The position numbers and the translations under genes are program-made. This document shows, piece by piece, positions 35,635 through 43,719 of a stretch of 64,000 nt of DNA. The stretch comes from Acidobacteriota bacterium (GTDB lineage: Bacteria; Acidobacteriota; Terriglobia; 2-12-FULL-54-10). The notes beneath the pieces were generated by a model. The model did not search any database, was not told the DNA's origin, and was given only the letters and a program-made list of their open reading frames with translations. Where the stretch lies: positions 3,099-67,098 of the forward strand of contig SHUM01000003.1 in assembly GCA_009691245.1 (NCBI GenBank), written 5' to 3'. Each line of letters starts with the position of its first letter. Within the stretch, counting starts at the first letter, position 1.

Positions 35635-36480
35635 GTGCGTCGCACACGGATGGCTTTGCGGGCGGTGGAACATCTTCGACGCATGCGTGGTGGGGCGCAA
35701 TCGCATCTGATGCGTTGCAGCGATGAGCAATATTACGTGGTCAAGTTCCGCAACAATCCGCAAGGCCCGCGCATCCTGGCCAATGAGATGCTGGCCAGCC
35801 ATCTGGCCATGTCGCTGGGCTTGCCCGTCTCGGAGCCGGACATTGTGTTGGTCAGCGAATGGCTGATTGCGCACACGCCGGACCTGTACATTCAAAACGG
35901 CAGCATCCAGGAACGCTGCCAGAGTGGATTTGCCTTTGCCTCCCGGTTTCCCTGCGATCCCTTGCGCTCTCCAGCCTTCGACTACCTTCCCGCTGAGCAG
36001 ATGCCGCTGGTGGCCAACCTGGATGCGTTTGCCGGCATGCTGGTGTTCGATCAATGGACCTGCAACTGCGACACGCGCCAAGTAGTCTTCCACCAGACAA
36101 ACTCGCAGGCCAATGAAGCCGCACCAGCGTTTCACGCGACGATGATCGATCAGGGCTACTGCTTCAACGGTAATCAATGGAACTTCCCCGACTCGCCGCG
36201 CCGCGGCCTGTTTCCCAACGTGGCTGCCTACGCTGGAATCAGTGGATCGTCGGCGATTGAACCATGGCTGAGCCGCTTGCGGAATTTTCCCGATGACTTT
36301 TTGGACGAGGCGGCCGCCACCGTTCCGGTGGAGTGGTACGAGGGCCAGACCGATGAGTTGAGCCGTCTGATGACCACCTTGGCCGAACGCCGCGGGCAAA
36401 TTCGGAATTTGATGGAGGAATGCATGCGCGCGGCGCAAGGCTCATTTCCGAACTGGCCGTCGCATCCTGCGAAGGCCTGA
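35635..36480 (+). CDS. HipA-like (HipA_C superfamily) putative Ser/Thr protein kinase, stand-alone
   Basis: ...AGMLVFDQWTCNCDTRQVVF... aligns with the HipA catalytic loop (vFNvLIGNtDDHaKNfs). Upstream RILANEMLASHLAMSLGLPVSE resembles the HipA core (NEhltmrLA...GI.vpe). The overlapping minus-strand ORF 35458..36438 looks like antisense noise. Confidence 0.45.
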   Translation: MRRTRMALRAVEHLRRMRGGAQSHLMRCSDEQYYVVKFRNNPQGPRILANEMLASHLAMSLGLPVSEPDIVLVSEWLIAHTPDLYIQNGSIQERCQSGFAFASRFPCDPLRSPAFDYLPAEQMPLVANLDAFAGMLVFDQWTCNCDTRQVVFHQTNSQANEAAPAFHATMIDQGYCFNGNQWNFPDSPRRGLFPNVAAYAGISGSSAIEPWLSRLRNFPDDFLDEAAATVPVEWYEGQTDELSRLMTTLAERRGQIRNLMEECMRAAQGSFPNWPSHPAKA

Positions 36481-36637
36481 CTCCAGCGCAGGGGTTCTCC
36501 TGAGCCAAGGGAGATGACGAGATGCAGGCGGACCGTTCGGGACATCCCCTGCCGTCCATGCCGTATGGTCCGCTGCGCTACAATGGAAAGCGCAGCCGGA
36601 GCGGTGCGATCCTGTTTATTCCGACGGCTGACTTACC

Positions 36638-37534
36638 ATGAACCTTGATGCTGTCCGCCGAATGATCGAATCTCTGCCTCCGCTGACTCCGTTGGCGGTG
36701 GGCGAACTTTTTATTCTCGCCGCGCTCATCTACGGGGCGTTACAGTTCATCCGGCAGGCGGTGGCGGCGCAGTTCCTGGTTTGGATGGCCCTGCTCGGCG
36801 TCGCCTACTTCGGCGGGAGATGGGCCGGGCTCACGGTGGCCCCCGAGCTGATCGGAACGCTGTTCCCTTATCTCAGCTTTGCGCTGATCGTGTTGTTCCA
36901 AGCGGAGATTCGCCGCGGCCTGTCGCGCTTGAGCCGCAATCCATTCGGCTCTCGCCGCATGTCGCCGTTTGAGGCGAGGCATCTGTTTGAGGACATCCTA
37001 ATGGCAGTCAATCGCCTGGCCGCGCAGAAGATCGGTGCGTTGATTGTGGTCGAGCGCGAAACCTCGCTGCGCAACTACGCCGAAAGCGGTGTCCCGTTGC
37101 AGGCCCGGCTGACGCAGGATCTGCTGGCGACCATCTTTCAGCCGCGCGCGCCACTGCATGACGGCGCGGTGATCATTCGCCGGGACCGCGTGCTGGCCGC
37201 CGCCTGTTTTCTGCCGCTGACGGTGAACCCGGCGCTGGGTTCTCGACTGGATCTGCAATTGGGCACGCGCCATCGCGCGGCGATTGGCATCACCGAGGAG
37301 ACCGACGCGATGGCCATCGTCATCTCCGAGCAGACCGGCTTCATCTCGCTGGCCATGCGCGGCGCCATCGAAATGGACATCACGCTCGAGGTGCTTGGCC
37401 AGCGGCTGATGGAGGCCTTCGGCCAGCCTGCCAACCCCGCCATCTCTGCCGCGCTATCTTCGGCGGCGCGGACAGCGACTGCGACGCTGGTGCCGGAGCC
37501 GAGCGCACGAGAAAACGCCCGGCATTCTGAGTAA
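36638..37534 (+). CDS. cdaA: Diadenylate cyclase (c-di-AMP synthase), membrane-anchored CdaA type
   Basis: N-terminal TM helices, then a DAC domain with DGA (PLHDGAVIIRRD) and GTRHRAAIGITEETDAMAIVISEQTG motifs. Confidence 0.85.
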   Translation: MNLDAVRRMIESLPPLTPLAVGELFILAALIYGALQFIRQAVAAQFLVWMALLGVAYFGGRWAGLTVAPELIGTLFPYLSFALIVLFQAEIRRGLSRLSRNPFGSRRMSPFEARHLFEDILMAVNRLAAQKIGALIVVERETSLRNYAESGVPLQARLTQDLLATIFQPRAPLHDGAVIIRRDRVLAAACFLPLTVNPALGSRLDLQLGTRHRAAIGITEETDAMAIVISEQTGFISLAMRGAIEMDITLEVLGQRLMEAFGQPANPAISAALSSAARTATATLVPEPSARENARHSE

Positions 37535-37575
37535 TTGGCAGAGTAAAGAGCTGCGTGGATAGCCGCGCGGGAGTG

Positions 37576-37983
37576 ATGATGGACTGGCTCAAGACAATTC
37601 TGACGAAGAACCTGCCCTTGAAGGCGTTGGCACTGTCGCTGGCCTTCGCTGTCTGGGCCATGCTGGCAAGCAACACCACGACAGAGATTTTGATGAATGT
37701 GCCAATCGAGTTTCGCAATGTGCCGGCCGGAATGATTTTGTCCGCCGATCCGACGGAGGTTCAGTTGCTATTGCGCGGGCCGCGCCCGATCCTGCGCCGC
37801 ACTCGTCCCGAAGAAATTCACCTGCAACTGGATTTGGCCTTAAGCTCCTCGGGAAATCAGCAGGTCATGGCGCTATCTCCCCAGTCGGTGGAGGTCCCTG
37901 CGGCGATCGAAGTGCTGCAAGTCCGTCCCGCCGAGACCAGAATTTCCTTGACCGCTGCGGAGGCGGCTGTGCCGTCCAGGTGA
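37576..37983 (+). CDS. CdaR/YbbR-like protein (short, single TM + one YbbR-like domain)
   Basis: TM segment LPLKALALSLAFAVWAMLA then a YbbR-like beta domain. Sits between cdaA and glmM as in the Firmicute cdaA-cdaR-glmM operon. GGGAG RBS before ATGATG. Confidence 0.55.
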   Translation: MMDWLKTILTKNLPLKALALSLAFAVWAMLASNTTTEILMNVPIEFRNVPAGMILSADPTEVQLLLRGPRPILRRTRPEEIHLQLDLALSSSGNQQVMALSPQSVEVPAAIEVLQVRPAETRISLTAAEAAVPSR

Positions 37984-38118
37984 ATTCACGCAGGTGTGGG
38001 GTTCCGGAATCTAGCCAGGTTTCGGTGAGTAGAGAGTAAAGCAACAAGAGTGAAGTAACAGCCGCGCCCCGAATTCCGCCGTCAGCAGAGCTGTGGAGAG
38101 GAAAAACAAGCAGACCCG

Positions 38119-39513
38119 ATGGAGAAAACGCTATTTGGAACGGATGGAATTCGCGGCGTTGCGGGCGACTTGCCGCTGGACCCGACCACGATTGCTTGCG
38201 TAGGGCGCTGCCTAGGGCGGCACTTAAAGAAGAAGCAGGGGCAGGACTGCCGCGTGCTAATCGGACAAGACACGCGGGAGTCCGGCTCGTGGATCGTCGC
38301 CACCCTGTCCGCCGCGCTCGGTGAGGTGGGCGTAGCGGTCGCCTCGCCGGGCATTGTGCCCACTCCGGGCCTCGCGTATCTGGCGGTGGCTGGGAAGTAT
38401 TCCGCGGCGGTCATGGTCTCGGCTTCACACAATCCATTTCAGGACAACGGTATTAAGATTTTCGGCAGCGATGGGTATAAGCTGCCCGACGCAGTTGAGC
38501 TGGCGCTCGAGGCGGAGATTCACGGTGAACTCAAGGGTATCCGGCGCGTTCCCGTAGAGCCAACTTTGGCGATACTGCCAACGGATCGTACTCTGCTTCA
38601 GCCCTACCTCAATCATCTTCTGGAGATTGCCCGTAGCGTGAAACCGCTGCCGGGTCGTCGCGCCGTCATCGACTGTGCCAACGGTGCTGCCACGGCGCTG
38701 GCCCGCGAAGTGTTCTCCGCGATCCCCTATGAGTGGGTTTATATCGGCGACCGTCCCGATGGGCGCAACATTAACCTCGGCTGCGGCTCGATGCACCTTG
38801 AGCTGCTGCGCAGTTGCGTTAAACAAGCGCATGCGGATTTTGGCGTGGCCTTCGACGGCGATGCGGATCGCGCCCTGTTCGTGGACGGCGGTGGCCACGT
38901 GGTGAACGGCGACGGCGTTCTGATCGCTGCCGCCCGTTACATGCAGCGCACCGGCACGCTGCGCGGCAGCGCCGTCATCGGCACGGTGATGACCAACCTG
39001 GGCCTGGAGCGCGCTCTGGAGAAAGAGGGCCTGGCGCTGCGGCGCACGGCGGTCGGCGATAAATATGTTCTCGAGGAGATGACCCGCTGCGGCGCCAACC
39101 TGGGCGGCGAGCAATCCGGCCACATCATCTTCAGCGACAACGCCACGACCGGCGATGGCCTGCTCACAGCGCTCGAGATGGTTACCATCATGGCGGCGGA
39201 GAATCGGCCTCTGGCCGACCTGGTAAAAGACCTGCACGTCTATCCGCAAAAGATCCGCAACATGGCCGTGCGTGAGCGCATACCGCTCGAGATGCTGGTG
39301 GGCTTCCAGAAGCAGCTTCGCGCCAGCGAGGAGCATCTCGGCGCGGGGGGCCGCATCGTGGTGCGCTACTCCGGCACCGAGCTGCTGCTGCGCATCATGG
39401 TGGAGGCCGAGACCGTCGAATTGGTGGACGAGCACATTGCCGCGTTGGAACAGGCCTTGGCGGGTTCTCTCAAAGCGGCGCCCAATGCAGGCAAACACCG
39501 CGCCCATGCTTGA
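38119..39513 (+). CDS. glmM: Phosphoglucosamine mutase
   Basis: MEKTLFGTDGIRGVAG..., active-site Ser loop SASHNP, and sugar-binding loops. Confidence 0.92.
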   Translation: MEKTLFGTDGIRGVAGDLPLDPTTIACVGRCLGRHLKKKQGQDCRVLIGQDTRESGSWIVATLSAALGEVGVAVASPGIVPTPGLAYLAVAGKYSAAVMVSASHNPFQDNGIKIFGSDGYKLPDAVELALEAEIHGELKGIRRVPVEPTLAILPTDRTLLQPYLNHLLEIARSVKPLPGRRAVIDCANGAATALAREVFSAIPYEWVYIGDRPDGRNINLGCGSMHLELLRSCVKQAHADFGVAFDGDADRALFVDGGGHVVNGDGVLIAAARYMQRTGTLRGSAVIGTVMTNLGLERALEKEGLALRRTAVGDKYVLEEMTRCGANLGGEQSGHIIFSDNATTGDGLLTALEMVTIMAAENRPLADLVKDLHVYPQKIRNMAVRERIPLEMLVGFQKQLRASEEHLGAGGRIVVRYSGTELLLRIMVEAETVELVDEHIAALEQALAGSLKAAPNAGKHRAHA

Positions 39514-39621
39514 TTGCCGGTGACATGTGCCATTTTCCTCCGCTTGGCCCTCCGCTTGGCTTGTACGTCGACATGGCCTTCCCCTACAATGTGGAATTCA
39601 TTGAAGAGCATCGCGGGGGAC

Positions 39622-39900
39622 ATGGAAGCTCGACAGTTTCGCATTACGGGAAGAGTGCAGGGCGTGGGGTTCCGTTTCTTCGTGGAGCGCGTCGCTCGTG
39701 AGATTGGCGTGCATGGCTGGGTGCGCAACTGTCAGGACGGCGCGGTGGAAGTCCTCGCGGAATGCTCCCTTGAAAAAATGGAGCAACTGCGCGCCGCTCT
39801 CTTCCAAGGCCCGCCAGGCAGCCGCGTAGAGCAGGTGAGTGAGCAGGCTACTGCGCGGTCGATCTCCCGTCGCGGCTTCAGCATTGAGGCGACACGTTGA
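39622..39900 (+). CDS. acyP: Acylphosphatase
   Basis: VQGVGFRFFVERVAREIGVHGWVRNCQDGAVEV signature. Start at the internal ATG 39622 (MEARQFRITGRVQGVGFR). Confidence 0.8.
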   Translation: MEARQFRITGRVQGVGFRFFVERVAREIGVHGWVRNCQDGAVEVLAECSLEKMEQLRAALFQGPPGSRVEQVSEQATARSISRRGFSIEATR

Positions 39901-39983
39901 GATCGCTCAGCCGCGAATCGAACAGGGCGCCATTATGGCGGTAAATTTATTGAACGGATCGAAAGGATGACGACTCAAACTAT

Positions 39984-40505
39984 ATGGACAATCTGAAGAA
40001 ACTCATTCGGCAGGTTCCCGACTGGCCCAAGCCCGGGATTCTTTTTTACGACATCACCACGCTGTTAAAGGATCGCGACGGCTTCCACTCTTTGATCGAT
40101 GCCATGGCCGCGCAGTACGCCGGAGCCAGGCTCGATCTGGTGCTGGGCATTGAAGCGCGCGGATTTATTTTTGGCCCTGCGCTCGCATACCGGCTCGGCG
40201 CGGGATTCGTTCCCGTGAGGAAACCCAAGAAGCTGCCGGCCGAGACGGTGCGCATCACCTACGATCTGGAGTACGGCACCGACTCGCTGGAAATGCACCG
40301 CGATGCGATTCAACCAGGCCAGCGTGTGTTGATCGTCGATGATCTGCTGGCCACCGGCGGCACCGCGAACGCGTGTGTGCGTTTGGCTGGCGATCTTGGG
40401 GCGGAGATCGTTGGCCTCGGAGTGGTGATCGAGCTTACCTTCCTGAATGGCCGCAAGAAATTGGATGGCGTGGATGTTTTCTCGCTGCTGCAATACGCTG
40501 ATTAG
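39984..40505 (+). CDS. apt: Adenine phosphoribosyltransferase
   Basis: FYDITTLL...PRPP-binding [13 protein letters not shown] motif; 173 aa. Confidence 0.9.
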   Translation: MDNLKKLIRQVPDWPKPGILFYDITTLLKDRDGFHSLIDAMAAQYAGARLDLVLGIEARGFIFGPALAYRLGAGFVPVRKPKKLPAETVRITYDLEYGTDSLEMHRDAIQPGQRVLIVDDLLATGGTANACVRLAGDLGAEIVGLGVVIELTFLNGRKKLDGVDVFSLLQYAD

Positions 40506-40634
40506 GATTCGTTGAGACGCTTGCGACTGAAAAATCTGTCGTGCTGGATGCAAATTCCAGTGCCGAAGCGGTGAGAGGCGCAGAGTTATTCAGAAGCGTG
40601 AAGCGACTAAGTGACCGGAATATCACTTTTTCTC

Positions 40635-40663
40635 TTGACAATTATTTTGTCAGTCCTTATACA
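40635..40663 (+). promoter_or_regulatory. Sigma-70-type promoter TTGACA-N17-TATACA
   Basis: TTGACA at 40635-40640, 17-nt spacer, TATACA at 40658-40663, in an AT-rich stretch upstream of the mini-ORF. Confidence 0.45.
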
Positions 40664-40730
40664 TAAGACATCAAGCAACGATTTCACTATGTTGCGAGGA
40701 GATAGAAAACGAAAAAGGAGAATTACGACA

Positions 40731-40787
40731 ATGCCGACCAAGAAAGCACCAGCAAAAAAGAAGCCAGCCGCCAAGAAAAAGAAATAA
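40731..40787 (+). CDS. 18-codon Lys/Ala/Pro-rich mini-ORF (MPTKKAPAKKKPAAKKKK) with strong SD (AAAAGGAG)
   Basis: ATG 9 nt after AAGGAG. Flanked by a consensus promoter and an intrinsic terminator. Could instead be an sRNA. Confidence 0.3.
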   Translation: MPTKKAPAKKKPAAKKKK

Positions 40788-40810
40788 CTCGGCTGTAGCT
40801 GCAAGTTTGG

Positions 40811-40839
40811 GGGGGGCGATGCAAATCGCCCCCTTTTTT
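40811..40839 (+). terminator. Rho-independent terminator (GGGGGGCGAT-GCAA-ATCGCCCCC + TTTTTTATTT)
   Basis: Perfect GC-rich hairpin followed by a U-tract, read directly. Confidence 0.65.
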
Positions 40840-40973
40840 ATTTCTCCTCAACTTCCCCAATCCATCGCAAAAACAATACTGCCGAAGAGGCACGGAGACA
40901 CTGAGAAATCAGGGGTTCCAGCGCATCCCTTAGCCTCGCTGTGCCACCGTGCCTCTGTGGCGGCATGGTGGGA

Positions 40974-41363
40974 TTAATCCGTGAGGCCGAGCGGCTCAAG
41001 TAACGCTGCGATGTTGGATTCGTTCACTGCGCCGCCTCGCAACTGGCTTGGTTCGGGGCATTCATCCAGAGTGTGAAACAACCCCATTTTGGCGGCGGCG
41101 TAGCGCTCCATCTCAGCCAGCTCGCGCCCGTTGATCTTCTTCCATGCGCGCAACGCCTTGTCCTCCACCACCACTTCCACCACGGAGAAATTTTTGCGGT
41201 TGGTGGTTACGTGGTAGAGGTAGGCGTAATCGGGTCCGCCAAAAAGTTTACGGCGCTGCCGCGATTCCAGGAAGTAGTATTCATAGACATAGCCCGACTG
41301 CGCCGAGTAGATCTTCAGTCGCTTGGGCTTGGCTTCTGGCTTGGGGTCTGGTGTGGTATCCAT
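40974..41363 (-). CDS. Hypothetical protein (129 aa)
   Basis: ORF with plausible composition; no recognised domain. Confidence 0.4.
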   Translation of the reverse strand: MDTTPDPKPEAKPKRLKIYSAQSGYVYEYYFLESRQRRKLFGGPDYAYLYHVTTNRKNFSVVEVVVEDKALRAWKKINGRELAEMERYAAAKMGLFHTLDECPEPSQLRGGAVNESNIAALLEPLGLTD

Positions 41364-41389
41364 GGAGGTCTGGGGGGTCGAGGCAGTCT

Positions 41390-42373
41390 TTAGGCGATGC
41401 CCGCTTTGCGTGAGCGGCCAATCACTCGGGCGACCGAGTATATGCGGCGTTGTTGCCCTTCGAAGTAAATGCGCGTCAGCAGCTCCCCGATCAAGCCAGT
41501 TGAGATGAGTTGAATGCCAGCGATCACGGCCATTGCCCCCACGATCAGCAGCGGCCCGTGTTCGATGAAGATGGCATGACCCATCAGCTTACGCGCCAGC
41601 AGAAAGCTGAACACACCGCCACCCACCGTGAAGCAGGCCAGCCCGATCATGCCGAAGAAGTGCAGCGGGCGCGTAATATACCGCAGCAGAAAGCGCACTG
41701 TCAGCAGATCAAACAGGACACGAAAGGTCCGATCCAGCCCGTAATGGGACTTCCCCGCGGGCCGCTCGATATTGTGAATGGGAATCTCCGTCATCCGCGC
41801 GCCCTGCAAACTGGCCAGTGCTGGAATGAATCGATGCAGCTCGCCGTAGAGATTAACGGCGCGAATCGTGTCCCTGCGGTAGGCCTTGAACGTCGTCCCG
41901 AAATCATGCAGCTCCACTCCAGAGAGTTTGCGCATGGCCCAGTTGGCCATCCTGGAGGGCAGCCGTCGCGTGACGTAATCGTCCACGCGCTCCTTGCGCC
42001 ATCCGCTGACAATGTCGTAGCCCTCATGAATCTTGGTAATGAACGCGGGTAGGTCAGTGGGATCGTGTTGATAGTCGCCGTCCATGGAGATGATGATGTC
42101 GCCGCGCGCGTAGTCGAATCCGGCGGCCAGCGCCGGCGTCTGGCCGAAGTTACGGCGCAACTGCACGATCACCACGCGCGAATCAAGCGAGGCGATCTGT
42201 TCCAGCAGCGCGGGTGAGCCGTCGGAGCTCGCGTCATCGACGAAGACGATCTCAAATTCCCAACCGTGGGCTTCCATGGTCTCTACAATCTTGGAGAACA
42301 GCGGGATGAGGCTGTCCTCTTCGTTGTGGATGGGAATCACGACGGAGTAGAGCGGAGACTTCTCTTTTTTCAT
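41390..42373 (-). CDS. GT2-family polyprenyl-phosphate hexose/HexNAc transferase (DPM1/ArnC/GtrB-like) with two C-terminal TM helices
   Basis: YSVVIPIHNEEDSL, DDASSDGS, DGDYQHDP (DXD) motifs; C-terminal TM pair typical of GtrB/ArnC-type enzymes. Confidence 0.8.
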   Translation of the reverse strand: MKKEKSPLYSVVIPIHNEEDSLIPLFSKIVETMEAHGWEFEIVFVDDASSDGSPALLEQIASLDSRVVIVQLRRNFGQTPALAAGFDYARGDIIISMDGDYQHDPTDLPAFITKIHEGYDIVSGWRKERVDDYVTRRLPSRMANWAMRKLSGVELHDFGTTFKAYRRDTIRAVNLYGELHRFIPALASLQGARMTEIPIHNIERPAGKSHYGLDRTFRVLFDLLTVRFLLRYITRPLHFFGMIGLACFTVGGGVFSFLLARKLMGHAIFIEHGPLLIVGAMAVIAGIQLISTGLIGELLTRIYFEGQQRRIYSVARVIGRSRKAGIA

Positions 42374-42396
42374 GCCTGAATCTGATCCCTCCCCTC

Positions 42397-43365
42397 TCAC
42401 TTTGCCCGTCCGAGCTTGGCGTGTCCAACTGAGTTGGCCGAGTTTGAGGACATCCCCAGAACCGAGCTGCCGGCGGCCTGATGTGCCAGCACGGGCAGCT
42501 CACGATAGCTGACCAGTTGGATGCCATATTCGCGGAGTGTGTCATGCACGGCGGGATCGCAGAGCGCCTCCAACTCGCGCTGTCGCTCCGCCTGCAGGAT
42601 TGTAGGGGAACCGGCCAGCGCGGCGTCAGCGTATCCAGGGTGGCATATCAGTTCCGTAGTGCCCTCCGGAAGCCGCACTAGCGTGGCATGCAGAGAATGG
42701 ATCGTCAACGCTCCAGTCAGGACAAACCCGCTGAAGTGATCCGGGCAGCGCAGACCGTTGGTGGCTCTCATGTCGGACACTGCGCGGTCAAATGAACCGG
42801 CCAGCATACGGAGAACCGCCGCCAGGATACGCCGCGTGCCGTTTCCAAATTGCGCGGGCGGTGAAACATTTTCAAACGGGCGGCGCAGCCATCCAATGCC
42901 ATAGCGCAGGGCCGTTCGCGCGACGGCCGCCGCCACCGTCGGGTGCAGTTGCGTGTGTTGATGCGTGTCCAGGTGGCTGGGCTGAATCCCCGCGGCCAGC
43001 AGCCGCTCCACCTGCGCCGCGCACTCACGCTCAATCTCCGTGCCGCTTACCGCTCGCGTGATTAGACGCCAGCCCAATCGTTTCGAGCCCAGCAATCGTC
43101 CGCCCGCATCCACCAGACTGGGTAGCGACGCTGCGGGTGAGACCGGCTGGCCATCCACAAGATTCAGATGACAACCAACATCCAGCCACGGCGATTGGCG
43201 AGCTAGTTCCACGGCGTCATCAAACGCCGGAGCGTTCGCCATTAAGGAAGTGGCGGTAACAATTCCGCGCCCGCCCTGCCCATTTTGATGACAAGCTTCG
43301 ACAATGGCCCGGTTGACTCCCCGGGTGTAGCCAAAATCATCCGCGTTGACGATTAACTGCTTCAT
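42397..43365 (-). CDS. YdjC/ChbG-family carbohydrate deacetylase
   Basis: MKQLIVNADDFGYTRGVNRAI N-terminus and conserved His/Asp metal site (HLDTHQH). 23 bp upstream of the GT2 gene, same strand. Confidence 0.8.
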   Translation of the reverse strand: MKQLIVNADDFGYTRGVNRAIVEACHQNGQGGRGIVTATSLMANAPAFDDAVELARQSPWLDVGCHLNLVDGQPVSPAASLPSLVDAGGRLLGSKRLGWRLITRAVSGTEIERECAAQVERLLAAGIQPSHLDTHQHTQLHPTVAAAVARTALRYGIGWLRRPFENVSPPAQFGNGTRRILAAVLRMLAGSFDRAVSDMRATNGLRCPDHFSGFVLTGALTIHSLHATLVRLPEGTTELICHPGYADAALAGSPTILQAERQRELEALCDPAVHDTLREYGIQLVSYRELPVLAHQAAGSSVLGMSSNSANSVGHAKLGRAK

Positions 43366-43719
43366 CTCTGGAAAATTCACCAATTCCCGCAGGTCCGGGG
43401 CGCCGCCGCCCTATCATTATATATCCAGTTTGGTGAGGTTCCAGAGCAACCGCAGCCAACCAATGCGGCAAGGATGCATCCATGTAATTGACAGGAAAGG
43501 CCCTTGCTGACGAGTGATGAGGAGAGAATCCATATTGACTGGCATTTTCCGGCGAACGGATAAGGTCGCCACGGAACTGGCCAATGGTTCCGTTGTTCGA
43601 GTACACTTGATCTCTAGTGATTTCAAGGTGATAGGGCGATCTGCGTGGCGCACATCGGAAGTCCAGGCGGGCTGTAACACCCAGTGTAAAGGCTCGGTTG
43701 GAGGAATTGGACTAACTAT

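Noticed and set aside
35458-36438. 326-aa minus-strand ORF overlapping the HipA-like gene
   Set aside because: Leu/Arg-rich antisense-type composition and no motifs, whereas the plus-strand frame has a HipA-like catalytic loop.
43384-43719. Long structured-looking 5' leader (GGAAC-TGGCCAATG-GTTCC hairpins) upstream of the TPR-like gene
   Set aside because: No match to any riboswitch consensus I can recall; could be an ordinary UTR. Left as a possible target for an Rfam scan only.
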